Origin: Eledone cirrhosa
Lineage: Eukaryota
DNA length: 64,000 bases
Assembly: GCA_964016885.1 (NCBI GenBank)
Contig: OZ024742.1
Span: forward strand, 207,886,001 to 207,950,000
Direction of reading: 5' to 3'
Below the pieces are notes generated by a model. The model saw nothing but the letters and a program-made list of their open reading frames with translations. It ran no database searches and was not told the DNA's origin. This document shows positions 25,711 through 39,276 of this stretch, piece after piece (the stretch's first letter is position 1; the number at the start of each line of letters is the position of its first letter). The translations under genes and the position numbers were made by a program.

Positions 25711-26330
25711 GTTATATAATAAACAACATAAGATAATAATTTCATTTACCAGTGGTTTCTTGATGGCAGATGTTGCGTCTGTCTTCAGTCGTCAGAATTA
25801 ATAAATAACATGGTGTTTTTATTAAATATGGATTTGAAACCAAAATTCAGGAAATCTGAAAGTGAGGCTGAAAAAAACGGGCAAAAAGGAAATAGCGGAA
25901 AACAATTATAAAAAATATATATAAAAAAATGAATATCAGAACATAAACATACACACACGCAAATACGCGCATACACGTAGACGTACACTTTCTCACATAA
26001 GCGTATTTGCGTCAACACAGAAATACGAACAGGAACATAAATACATATACACAGATATATATGCACTCAAATATGTACGCACAAATACACACGAACACAT
26101 TAAAAAGGGTGAAAACACACATATAAACATACATACAAATAGAAAAACACAAAAAGCTCTATACATACGCAAACGTACACACATATATGTATACACACAC
26201 ACACACACACGTACACATACATACCCATACACACAAGCATATACAAGCATACACACACACACATGCACATATACATATATATATATATACGCACATACAT
26301 AAACACACACACATATAAATATATATACAC
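25711..26330 (-). mobile_element. Non-coding PLE-derived element (family A): degenerate CA/TA body plus hammerhead at 25741-25801
   Basis: Reverse complement of 31320-31902; terminal ~170 bp also at 11190-11360. Confidence 0.85.
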
Positions 26331-26439
26331 AAAGATTAATACGATTCATTGATTATTCAATGAATACAGTTTAAATGACTGTCAATACAGGAATTGGAAT
26401 ATCAAGACCGTAGAGGTATGCCATATATCAATTCATATA

Positions 26440-26556
26440 TTTTATCTGCGAGGACGTACTGAAAAAAACAACACAGTACCTTCGAAATATATATAATAAA
26501 GCATATATTTTGATTATGTGAATATCTTCATTTGTTTTTGTTAATATTTTGAATAA

Positions 26557-26633
<77 letters not shown>

Positions 26634-26834
26634 AAAGTTAAACAAGATTCAATGAATACATCAAAGAATGAGTTTTACAATAGATTGGAAGCACTCAACA
26701 GTGAACATGTTTTCCAGGGTTATTATTAATTCAAAATATTAACAAAATAGATATTCTTGTGATCAATTATATTTTATTATACATATTTCAGAGGTTCTGA
26801 GTTAAGTTCAACAGTACGTCCTCATCAGATAAAA
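26440..26834. ncRNA. Tail-to-tail inverted pair of hammerhead-bearing pLTR fragments (family D)
   Basis: Minus copy 26772-26834 UUUUAU-CUGAUGA-GGACGUACUG..CAGAACCUCU-GAAA-UAUGUA-UA-AUAAAA; plus copy 26440-26500 has a 1-nt shorter core (CUGCGA). Confidence 0.75.
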
Positions 26835-27305
26835 TAAAATGATGCATGACTTACCCTGACATAGTAGATGGTTAACATTCAGTCATGGTAGTGAGTAACA
26901 TATGACAAAACTCAATATGTATACCCTAATATTGAGAACAAGAGAAAATATATAATACAAACAATAGAGAGGGTGCGTGTAATATAGCTTAAGAAATACA
27001 TGGCTTCAATAAAACAGTTAAAAACATTTTTTTTTAAACTACTGAAGAAAGAGGAAAGAAAGGAAAGCACAGAGGAAGAAACAGCTGATGTGATAATATA
27101 TTTAGTAGGTACCATGAAAAACAAATGAAAGATGATTAAAGAGGGAGAGAGACAAAGGGGAGTAATTTATGTTCAAGTTTATAGACAATTTTCCATATAT
27201 GCAATATATATCCAAATTTATTTAGTTGACCGTTATTATTCAAAATTTTTAATTTAAGTTATTTCAGAGTAATGAGTAATATTTTAGGTTTTAAAAGTTA
27301 ATAAT

Positions 27306-27488
27306 TGTTTCTACTTTAGGCAGAAGGTCAGCAATTAGCCAGTGTATTACTGGTACTTTATTTTATCGACCCCGTAAGGATGAAAGGCAATGTCAACCTC
27401 GGCGGGATTTGAACTCAGATCGTAAAGGGACGTAACTATGCTGGAAAGCATGGCATCCGACCCTCTACCGATACTGCCAATCCACCGC
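27306..27488 (-). mobile_element. Full-length SINE with 16-bp TSD
   Basis: TTTAAAAGTTAATAAT on both sides. Confidence 0.95.
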
Positions 27489-27709
27489 TTTAAAAGTTAA
27501 TAATATTATATCATACTATCAAGTTTAATTTCTAAAATTCAAATTTTATGAAAACAAATTTAAAGGATTTACGAAACACGAGAAAGAAAATATATAATGC
27601 TTTTATACCCTCATGAAGGTAATATTTACCAAAATTATTTATAATATTTATAATATTGACAACAGTAAGTCAATAAAAACAATTTTAAAATAAACAAATA
27701 CACACGATA

Positions 27710-27799
<90 letters not shown>

Positions 27800-28329
27800 T
27801 GCATATATAACTATACACACATACAAACACACACACATATATGTATATATATATAAAATAAATATACATACATATATATATTCATATATATATATATACA
27901 TATATACACAGACACATAAATATATACACATACATATATACATATACACACACATCCATATACATACACATACCAAAAAAACCTACAATAAATTAGATAG
28001 ATGAATCTCAAATGTACATAACCCACGTACATACGTATACATAGGCGCGCGCACACACGCACGCATTAAAACAAATCAACACACGCATACATATAAACAT
28101 ATACGTAAATCCATACACACATACACATATATACAAAAACTTATATACATATATACATACACATACACACACACACATATATATATATATCTGTTAGACA
28201 CGCAGTGACTAACAACAGAATGTTTTAAGTCTGCGTGTCTGATATATATGCGTAGCTTGTGAATAAAAAAATCAAGGTGCATCGCTGGCCGTGGTGATCC
28301 CTGCCAAAATGTTTTGTAATTTATCGTAT

Positions 28330-28468
28330 TATTGGCTAATCAACCGAGAATAATTGTTGCTCAAAAGCATCCGCCATTTTGTTTGCACGTTTATTTATCG
28401 TTTCGCTTTGGAATCTTCCTCCTGTATTTCGTCGTTTATTATCAAAATATTTTTCTCGTTTGGTAAGT
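28330..28468 (+). promoter_or_regulatory. Promoter/first-exon-like segment
   Basis: ATTGG (inverted CCAAT) at 28331, YY1-type CCGCCATTTTG at 28371, local CpG enrichment, donor TTG|GTAAGT at 28463. Confidence 0.3.
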
Positions 28469-28838
28469 TATATTGTTAACTTATATATGATTTTTTAAAT
28501 TTATATGAACTATTTTTTTTCAGTTCAGTATGACATGCATATAATATTGGTTGTATCATATTTAATTGTATATTTGTCCATATTATTGATCGTTTTATGT
28601 TAGATTATTTTTTTATTATTATGTTACACTATTTGTATGTAATTTTAATTTTTTATTAATTCAACTCTAACAATTATTATGTAAAATATATTTATTTTAT
28701 ATTAATTGTTTATATTAAAAGTCTGAAAATATTTTTATACATCTTACAATAATATTTATAAGATCATTTATAAAATAACAATTATATAATCTAATTACAT
28801 TACAACGATCATTTATTATTAATATATATCATGCTTAC

Positions 28839-29276
28839 CTAGAGTTGTTGCACAAAAATATTGTAATCATTATCTATCGTACACTCTGTGGCATCCTTTT
28901 TTAAAAAAAGAGACTCATAACGAACTCAAGACGACATTATAATTATTTAAGTGAATTTATAATATAGAATTCGGTTTAAGTGCATTTCGTATTAATCATT
29001 ACTAAACATCTATATATGAGATATTGAACATTAGCTTAAATAATTATCGTGTGGTCTTCAGTTCGTTGAGTCTCTTTTATATAAAAGGAAAAGGATGCCA
29101 CAGAGTGTACGATAGATAATTGTTTCTACATTAGGCACAATGCCAGCAATTACCCAGTGCATTACTGGTACTTTATTTTATCGACCCCGTAAGGATGAAA
29201 GGCAAAGTCAACCTCGGCGGGATTTGAACTGTGTACGATAGATAATGATTACAATATTTTTGAGCAACAACTCTAG
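28839..29276. mobile_element. Fold-back MITE with ~115-bp inverted arms, interrupted by a SINE
   Basis: CTAGAGTTGTTGCACAAAAATATTGTAATCATTATCTATCGTACACTCTGTGGCATCC and its reverse complement. Confidence 0.88.
29121..29230 (-). mobile_element. 5'-truncated SINE with 16-bp TSD
   Basis: GTGTACGATAGATAAT at 29105-29120 and 29231-29246. Confidence 0.95.
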
Positions 29277-29481
29277 TCCCACACATTTGAAGGTTTATTA
29301 TAACATTCATTCATGTTTTCAATTTTTGGGACCGCCTCTTTCTATACTCCCACCTGCGAGCGTGTGTGTATTTATAGTTTGTCTGCCTATATGTTTATGC
29401 AGCCACACACGCACGTGTATGTGTGTGTGTATTTTTATGTATACATGTCTGTGTGTATATATATATATATATGTGTGTATA

Positions 29482-29559
<78 letters not shown>

Positions 29560-29759
29560 TGTGTATGTGCATGTATATATGAATATATATGTTTTTGTAT
29601 ATATGTGTAGCCATTTACGTGTATGTTTATATGCGCGCGTATGTATACGTATGTACGTGGGTTATGTACCTTTCAGATTCATCTATCTAATGTATTGTAG
29701 TTTTTTTTGTATGTGTGTGTATGTGGATGTGTGTGTATATGTATGTATGTATGTATGTG

Positions 29760-29813
<54 letters not shown>

Positions 29814-29956
29814 ATGTGTGTATATATATATATATATATGCATATATATATATATATCTATGTATATTTATTCTATATATATATATACATATATGCGTGT
29901 GTGTTTGTATGTGTGTATAAGTATATATATATACATGTATATGTTTGTATGTATAT

Positions 29957-30952
29957 AACAGTGGTACTAGGGTTATCGTGTTTTGACCTCTGCTGACGAT
30001 CGACTCCAACCGTGACCATCCCCACTGAAAGTTTTGTGAAATAGTATTTTTAAGACTATACAGAGCATTTGTAGTTTTTCCAAATTGAACGATGAGTATT
30101 TAAACTTTATTTTATTCTGCGTTAAGGCTCTATTGATTTTCCCCTGGATTTCACAAAATTCTGTGGATAAATCTGTCTTGATTTTTTTTTTATTGAGTTT
30201 GAATTATTTTCCCACATTTTACGTTAACTATTTTTCCATTTTGACGTTATAGTCACTTATATATTATGAAATACTGTTGGCTTCATACCCACAATAATTT
30301 CTATACTTTCATTTATATTTATACTCGGAATTTTCCTAGAGTGCTTAAAATTCTTTGTCACTAATCCCGGTCTTTTTTTTTTTTAAAACGCGATAATACT
30401 GCTATTTTGCTGAACTCCTTACATTTGTAGAGTTTTTTTTAGGAATGTTTTTTGACTGCTGTTTCTTGTAAATAGACATTCGTTTCATTCTGACGTCACC
30501 AGCCATGTCTCTCCATTTGCGTTTATTTTTCATAATTACGCATGATGTGAACTAGCCTGCTTTTAAATTCCCTTTTTGGCATATTCTAAACAGTGGGAAT
30601 AGGGTTATCGTGTTTTGACCTCTGCTGACAATCGATTCCAACCGTGACCATGCCCACTGAAAGTTTCGTGAAATAGTCATTTTAAGACTATACAGAGCAT
30701 TTGTAGTTTTTCCAAATTGAAGGATGAGTATTTAAACTTTATTTTATTCTGAGTGAAGGCTCTATTGATTTTTTCCTGGATTTCATAAAATTGTGTGGAT
30801 AAATATATGTCTTGATTTTTTTTTAATTGAGTTTGAATTATTTTCCTACATCTTACGTTAACTATTTTTCCATGTTGACGTTATAGTCACTTATATATTA
30901 TGAAATACTGTTGGCTTCATGCCCACAATACTTTCTATACTTTCATTTATAT
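29957..30952. repeat. Direct duplication of ~360 bp (29957-30318 and 30589-30952)
   Basis: TAGGGTTATCGTGTTTTGACCTCTGCTGAC...CTATACTTTCATTTATAT repeated with scattered substitutions. Confidence 0.95.
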
Positions 30953-31084
30953 ATATAGATATATATATTGAATTTTTGTACTTATTTATTTAGTTATTTC
31001 TGTTTCTAAACTACTTCCCAATGACTCGTACATATTGATACATGCTTGTACATGTGTATATATGTATCTATATGTATGTATGTG

Positions 31085-31165
<81 letters not shown>

Positions 31166-31272
31166 ACAACAAAAGATACATATATTATGTATACTCAAGT
31201 TCCTACAAACTGTAGAGTGCTTCTTATTCGATATCTGCATTGCTTTATTTTACTACAATAAAACTCACCTCC

Positions 31273-31319
<47 letters not shown>

Positions 31320-31353
<34 letters not shown>

Positions 31354-31902
31354 GTGTGTGTGTGTACATATATGTATATGTGTATGTGCGTGTGTATGCT
31401 TGTATATATATGTGTATGTGTATATACACGTGCGCGTATGTACATGATCTTTCTGTTTTTGTGTGTTTGTATTTCTATGTATGTTTATGTGTGTGTACAC
31501 CCCCTTTTTATATGTGTGCGTGTGTATTTGTGTGTACATATTTGAGTGCATATATATCTGTGTATATGTATTTATGTTCCTGTTCGTATTTCTATGTTGA
31601 CGCAAATACGCTTATGTGAGAAAGTATACGTCTACGTATATGCGCGTTATTGAGTGTGTGTATGTTTATGTTCTGATATTCATTTTTTTATATATATTTT
31701 TTATAATTTGTTTCCCCTTTTTCCTTTTTGCCCTTTTTTTTTAGCCTCACTTTCATATTTCCTAAATTTTGTTTTCAAATCCATATTTAATATAAACACC
31801 ATGTTATTTATTCATTCTGACGACTGAAGACAGACGCAAAATCTGCCTTCAAGAAACCACTGGTAAATGAAATAATTATCTTGTGTTGTTTATTACATAA
31901 CT
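31320..31902 (+). mobile_element. Non-coding PLE-derived element (family A) with hammerhead at 31811-31871
   Basis: UUCAUU-CUGACGA-CUGAAGACAGA-CGCAAAA-UCUGCCUUCAA-GAAA-CCACUGG-UA-AAUGAA. Confidence 0.85.
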
Positions 31903-32033
31903 ATTAAGCTCTGTAGCCTACATAGAGCACTCCTTTTCCCTGTACCTCTCCGACGGAAATACTTCATTCATATATATATATTTGCACTCATATATTTATT
32001 CTTTGCTTAAACTTTAATCTGTTATTTTAATAA

Positions 32034-32127
<94 letters not shown>

Positions 32128-32197
32128 GAATGAAGTTATATATACATTCATAAATAAATATACATACATACATACACGCACGCACACACATACACAG

Positions 32198-32238
<41 letters not shown>

Positions 32239-32369
32239 AGGGAGACGACAGATCCTGTCTGTACTCACTGCGTACGTCAGTATGTATTAGTTCTGTGTGT
32301 GATTGGTTCGGCTGTTTGCGTCTGTTCGTTTGTGTCAACAGCAAAATGACATCCATAGAAATGGATATG

Positions 32370-33520
32370 TTGAATCTATAAACATCACTCACATTTTGTT
32401 TGTTGGTGACCTGACACTGTCGCCAAGTAGTAATAATATCAAGAACATATTTGTTTATCTTACCCAACATTCCCTGAATGGGATAAGAAATTCTGTTTTT
32501 ACTCATCCGTTACGTCAACATGACATGACTATATAGAAACCTGCAACAAAATATAACTGTGAATGGACGAAAAATACGACGAGTTGACAAGAAATGTTAT
32601 AAATAAGATACAATCGTTACATATGTTAAATCCATTAAGAAGGTTAAGAATAAAAATGAATACCATAAGATACCAGAAATTATAAAATCCTCAAAAGTCA
32701 GAACCAATAATATGTGCATTGAATCTGCTCCATGTTAAATGAAAATAACAGTATTTGAAATACAGACGTATTATTTTCTCCAGGAATGGGAGGCAGTCGG
32801 TGCCATAAATCTGTATTTACACAATATAACACCCTGTTAGTAACACTGAAGCAACATCTCCAGCAGAGAGAAGAGCTCGTCAGCTATGTTGCTAGAGTCT
32901 CCAAACATAAAAATGGAAACATGATTAGGACAGTTAATGAATATAGAAGAAACATGAAGTACTACCTGACATCAATCCCTCCCTGAGGACCATTGGAAAA
33001 TAGCACCTCACAAAACAACAAAATATAGTACAAATTATATTAGTATACTGAAACGGTTAACAGGAATAACATACAGGCAACTTAATAACATCTTACTGAA
33101 AGGTGTAACTCCATGCAATCCAGATGCAAGACATCTAGACCTTGTATATTCTTCATCAGATTGCAACTTAAGTAAAGACACTAACACATCTTTACTTACT
33201 AAGGAGGCACTATTTCTACACGTGGCATTGCATGGTAAACAAATCTATTAGGATAGAATAACCAATAAAACAACCAATGAATGCGAATATTGTCACAAAA
33301 ACTAAAACCAATTGAACTAAAGAATATTAGGGGAACCTAATCACGCGAGCTGATAATTATTTGAAACAACAAAGTAAAGACCGGCTGTTTTGAAGGGCAT
33401 CTGCCAGATTAGCATCAATTAAAGAACATATATATGAACTAGAGATGGAGAGTTTACAAATCTAGTACTTACAGTACCACATCAATTTATGCATGCTATT
33501 ATTGTATCAATTGAATTTGT
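32370..33520 (+). pseudogene. Old degenerate relative of the 4962-8464 R4/Dong LINE
   Basis: ITHILFVGDLTL ~ ISHLFFVDDLKL; TLLVTLKQHLQQRE ~ TRIVTLKHHLQQRE; GAGTTTACAAATC segment shared near the 3' end. Confidence 0.7.
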
Positions 33521-34416
33521 AATAATTAGCCTCGTAGAATGTATTGCAGGAGGTAGTTTCTTGAAGAAAGGGTGTAGTTCCATGATTAATAGATTATTAG
33601 TTTTTACTCGCAAGACATTCATCTAGCGGTGGGTATGCTAGAAGTAGAGGACCAAGGTTATGTGCAGTAGGATCAAATTCGGAATCACGTTGTTGAAATC
33701 GAACGTCTTAAGTACTTAATTTTATTTCTGCTCCCTCCCACATGTATGCCGAACCTATAAAGTGCATTTATATTCAGTGAATGTCACACAGACTGTTACA
33801 TTTTAATCAATTTCCTTTCTAAAGTAAAAAAAAAATAAAACTCAGTGAAATGAACCAAGTTTCTAGTTCACCAGTTCAAGCTATGCGTGTCAGTGTTTGT
33901 CCCACATTTGGATAATTAAAATATATATGGAATGGAGCAGTATCTTTAAAAGAAGTCTTTTATACACTAGTATATTTCGAACGGTGCTTCTATGGTTATT
34001 TTAATAAATTCATTTTCTAATTGCATTTGTCATTCCTGTTTATGCTATGCGCCAATTATACATAAATTCAACTTGGCAATAACTTCCACAATCGAAATGA
34101 TTCCATATATAATTAGTATTTAAATAATGCAAATTCGTATTTTAATTATTCTATTATACAAACGGTTCAAAATAACGGTTCAATTTCTTAGTCACAACAT
34201 TTGTTAAAGGAAATGTACCTTACAATTAAACTAAAAACTTGCCAAATTATCGTAAGAGAAAATAACAATAATCAGAATAACATTTTCCAAGTATGAAGAA
34301 ATGAAAAGCCTAATTAAGCTTTGATTAAAATCCAAAACTAACATATTGTCTGGCCGATAATTTAAAAATACTAATAGAAATCAGGGTTAATACATTTGAT
34401 AATATTTCAAAAGAAA

Positions 34417-34530
34417 TAATTGTTTCTACTTTTGGCACAAGGCCAACAATTATCTCAGCGCACTACTGGTACTTTATTTTATCGACCCCGTAAGGATGAA
34501 AGGCAAAGTTAACCTCGGCGGGATTTGAAC
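34417..34530 (-). mobile_element. 5'-truncated SINE
   Basis: Same consensus; AGAAATAAT duplication. Confidence 0.9.
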
Positions 34531-34736
34531 AGAAATAATGATTTCATTTATTGGCTACAAGGGCCAACTTTTTGTTCCAGCTACCACAAAATGGCTTTAT
34601 GAGGCTGTTTGGTTTCAAACGAATCGAATATTAATAATATTATTATTTATTCACGAACGCATTTACGAATCCCCGATGTTAGAGCAAAGACAAGTTTTGT
34701 TTTTACAATTAATATGGTTTCTCGCTATATTATGAC

Positions 34737-34940
34737 AGTGGATTGGTAGTATTGGTAGAGCGTCGGAGATGGTTTGTAGCATATATCTATGTCATGTTAC
34801 ATTTTGAGTTCAAATCTACCAAGGTTAGCTTCGCCTTTCTTCATTACGGGGCCGGTAAAATAAAGTACCAGTAATGCACTGAGTTTGTTTTAATTGACTG
34901 TCACCTCCGTTTTAGCTTTGTGTCTAAATCACAAACGATT
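34737..34940 (+). mobile_element. Older diverged SINE copy
   Basis: Diverged head, core and tail recognisable. Confidence 0.8.
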
Positions 34941-34970
34941 ATTATTTGCTATGTACATAGATGCTAATAA

Positions 34971-35155
34971 GTGTTTCTACTTTAGGCACAAGGCCAGCAA
35001 TTACCCAGTGCATTACTGGTACTTTATTTTATCGACCCCGTAAGGATGAAAGGCAAAGTCAACCTCGGCGGGATTTGAACTCAGATCGTAAAGGGACGTA
35101 ACTATGCTGGAAAGCATGGCGTCCGACCCTCTACCGATACTGCCAATCCACCGCC
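34971..35155 (-). mobile_element. Full-length young tRNA-derived SINE with 17-bp TSD
   Basis: TACATAGATGCTAATAA at 34954-34970 and 35156-35172; central GCCTTTCATCCTTACGGGGTCGATAAAATAAAGTACCAG resembles the Meta-SINE conserved domain (recalled, not searched). Confidence 0.96.
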
Positions 35156-35449
35156 TACATAGATGCTAATAATGTAACCTATTAAACATTTATGAGACTA
35201 CAGTTGAATGAATTCCTAAAACATAATTAATTGTTCTAAAAGGAAGTGTCAGGTAACTGCTGTATCTTAGATTAGCAATACAATTTTGCTTTTTCAGTCA
35301 AAACAATATTTCAAAATAATATTTCAAACTTCAATCACATAGATACCATGCACAGATCTACATGCATGGCAGATTGTATACATACATAAACACCTATGTA
35401 CATAAATATATATACATGTATCGATATATACACCCATTCATGCATGATG

Positions 35450-35611
35450 GCCGCAAACTCGTGTTCGAGCATTGTCATCACCTAATAAAATACTCAAAAT
35501 GTAGGCACGAATATGGCTCTTAAACCCACCAAAGACTCGCACCCCCTGGCACACACATGACAACTGTAGGCTCCTCTGGGACTTTCAACTGCTTTGTTCT
35601 GACTGTGTATT

Positions 35612-35612
<1 letters not shown>
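35450..35612 (-). pseudogene. RTE-like LINE 3' end fragment
   Basis: YSCHVCARGCESLVGL resembles the terminal C..C.R.C.S.IGL.SH finger of RTE ORFs. Confidence 0.55.
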
Positions 35613-35697
<85 letters not shown>

Positions 35698-35843
35698 AAA
35701 TATTAAACAAATAATGAATAAACAATTCCTTATATTAAACAAAAAAATTCATTATTTAACGATCGTTTCTAGGGTATATATGTGTTATAATTGGTATGCA
35801 TATTTAACAGATCTATGTACCGTAAACTCTTGGTAGATTTATC

Positions 35844-35923
<80 letters not shown>

Positions 35924-36992
35924 AGTGTGTGTGTGTGTGTATGTATGTTTGTATCTATGTGTATATATTTGTATGTATGTATGTAAGTATGTATGCATGT
36001 ATATATGTATTTATGTATGTATGCATGTATGTGTGTATGCTTGCGTGAGTAAGTGAAAAAATAAGCCGTTGCAAAGCTTTTTTTACAATTACCATTTTTA
36101 CATTTGTTAATTTTAATCATTTCTTTTTGTATTTATTCCTCATAATTTTACATTTTTATTGCTGCTATTATTTTATTTTTTTCATTTTCCAATCAATTAA
36201 ATCCGATGGCTGCTTCGTTAATTCCTGTTGTGTTCGAAATGTTAATAAGACGGACACATAATGACTCAGTGTACTTTCATCAAGATCATTGATTCTGCAA
36301 TGACGCAGAAAGTGTTTAGCAGTTCCCATGTCTCTTACTAACCGACATCTCCTGAAGGCTGAAATTATTGTTAATGGCACTACCATTGTTGTCAGTAACA
36401 CTTCAATGATTCCGAACAATTGCAAAGACTCCGTAAGGACAGATGTCCCAACTAAGATTCCCAGTGCCTTTCTTCAACCATTGAAATAATTAGAAACGCT
36501 GTCGTTTGAGGGGAAATTATTGAAGAAATCAAGAACTGGATTTTGCAGACGAATCGACAGATGGATTACAAGTAGAATGTTGTAGGTGAAACTTCTGCAT
36601 AGTGCTCTCATGAGAAACCACAGCTCGAGAGAATTGAGGGGAAGGAGCAGAGTTCGAAGATGTTGGACTAAATTGTTTACTGTATTATTTCATACACACA
36701 GACAAGCACCTATCCCAACACACACATACACACGCACGCACATATATATATGTATATGTGTGTGTGTGCCTGTGTGTATATAAATTGGTGTATTTATGTG
36801 TGTCTGTATATTTGTGTGCGTATGTAATTCAGTGCAAAGGGAGATAGTAGTGTTATATATTTTAATACAAAATGCATATAATAGCCTGCATTCATACACA
36901 AATACATGCAAAGATACCTACATACGTGCATACGTACATACATACATTCATACATACATAAATGAATGTATACATACATAAATGAATGCCTA

Positions 36993-37112
36993 CATACATT
37001 CATACATACATACATACATACATACATACATACATACATACATACATACATACATACATACATACATACATACATACATACATACATACATACATACATA
37101 CATACATACATA
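36993..37112. repeat. (TACA)n microsatellite
   Basis: Direct inspection. Confidence 0.97.
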
Positions 37113-37619
37113 CCAAGACGCATGCATTTTTCTGTCAGCAATCGTATGTTTTCTTTTAGCATCAGTAATGTCCAACTATCAACCAAATCCCTGCAGGAGG
37201 TCTGTGGTGTCTGTCAGTACTAAATGTTTTATTTCCTTCCCTCTCTATTCTCTGCAAATTTTACTTGGGAGAGGCAGGGAATATGTCCATTCACACTTTT
37301 AGCACTGAGCTGTCATGATTATGATCGCGTCGATAATGGCGAGGAGGTTAACGAGGATAAGGGTGTTGTGAGGGGAGTAGGAGCATGTCGTTCATCATCA
37401 ACATCGTCCTTATAATGTTTATAATCCTTCTCCTCTTCCACATTATTCTCCTACTCATCATCATCATCATCATCACCAACATCGTAGTCGTCGTCATCAA
37501 CACCATCACCATCTCCATCATCATCATAATCATCATCACCACCACCATCATCATCTCCAGCACGTTACCAAAAAGATTACTTTTTTTGTTTTGCGTTTTA
37601 TACTCATTATTATTATTAA

Positions 37620-37725
37620 CCGCCGAGGTTAACTTTGCCTTTCATCCTTACGGGGTCGATAAAATAAAGTACCAGTAATGTACTGGGTTATTGATGGCAT
37701 TGTGCCAAAAGTAGAAACAATTATT
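37620..37725 (+). mobile_element. 5'-truncated SINE
   Basis: Same consensus; ATTATTATTATTAAC duplication. Confidence 0.9.
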
Positions 37726-38275
37726 ATTATTAACATTTGCCTCGTCTTTGTCTCGATATTCAGTAAATGCTTAATCATCATTAACCTCACCTTCACCACC
37801 ATCACTACCATATACTTATTTTGAGTGGCTATGGACGGGCTACTTCGTGTATACTTTAGCGTAATATGTTGTTTTTTCTTATATTAATATTACAGTTTGG
37901 TCACGTTGATTGACCAAAGTAGACATTAATCGAACGTTTCAATAGCCTTCAGATGGATATCGACAATTCATAAAATCATCAGACAAAGATGACTTTTAGA
38001 CGTTTCTATGATTTGAATTCGGCTAACACAGTTTTATAATTCTATATAATGGTTTTAACCTTCTCTGATTGTGTCTCAGATTGTGCGCTGGTCTAGGTTT
38101 CCAGGGAAAATGTTCAATCTATTCATAGCAATCATATGTTAATCGATATTACATCACACATACTTATTGGGGGCTTTTATTTTGGAGATAAACATGAATT
38201 GATTCAATTATCTGTTTAATCTGAAAGAAGCATGTATATATTCTATCTTGGTATCTCCTTCCTCCCCCCTCTCTC

Positions 38276-38392
<117 letters not shown>

Positions 38393-39129
38393 CATGCATA
38401 GGTACATCCATCCATACGTACATAAATACATACATATATACATCTATATATGCATACACTCAAATGCACATGTATGCATGTATCTAACACAATTTATCTA
38501 TCTAGTCACAATTACACTTAATTACTATTGCATACAGAATGTTTAATTGACAAGCATCATTATTTTTAATTATTTGAGCCAAACCACAAACATATTTAAT
38601 TACTGCAGCAACAAGATTAAGTTTCATGATACAGTAAAATGTTAAATGTTGGCTGGCTACCATAAAGCAGACATTAGCTGAATATGATTCCATTTGGAAA
38701 CACTGTTAGAAGTTTTGGCATGAATTGGGCAATTTCTCGAACCTTTCAGTGAAATATTGATAGAAACCGATATGAATAAACAATGATAAAAATTGTGTTA
38801 TGTCTATGTTATATTATCATAATAATAATTTTACAAACAAATCTATAACAATTCATATATATATGCTATGTAATATTGATCATATTGTTTCAGTTATATA
38901 CGGAGATTGATGTAATTATAGGTATGCATGAGTTCATAGATCAGTATAGACCATTTTGTGCATCAGTCATGTGTTCAATTAACAATCGTAATATATATGG
39001 AGTCGTAGCCCATCCCTGGCGGAGCCCATCCCTCTCCAGGCCTGAGTACAGCAGATTTCTTCCAGATTACGATAGAAAGTGAGAGAGAGGAAATGAGAAA
39101 GTGATATAGAGGAAGAATCGAACCCAATA

Positions 39130-39276
39130 CTAGACTGGTACATTTTTTTTATCGACCTCGAAAGGATGAAAGGCAAAGTTGAGCTCGGCGGGATTTGAAC
39201 TCAAAGAGTAACGAGCAGGAACGAAAACTATAAAGTATTCTAGCCTGCGTTCTCACAACTGTGCCAATTTGCCGCC
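39130..39276 (-). mobile_element. Older SINE copy
   Basis: GAAAGGATGAAAGGCAAAGTTGAGCTCGGCGGGATTTGAACTC core. Confidence 0.8.

Noticed and set aside
27605-27650. CTCATGAA-GGTAA-TAT-TTACC-AAAA
   Set aside because: Both catalytic boxes mutated; probably a dead hammerhead, not callable.
34971-35155. tRNA gene
   Set aside because: Has Pol III box-like motifs but no cloverleaf; it is the head of a dispersed SINE with TSDs.
36168-36660. Minus-strand 85-aa ORF, or plus-strand RTE-like LETLSFEGKL peptide
   Set aside because: Too degenerate to choose between interpretations.
37348-37678. Hydrophobic ORFs resembling membrane proteins
   Set aside because: Derived from (CAT)n repeats plus a SINE.
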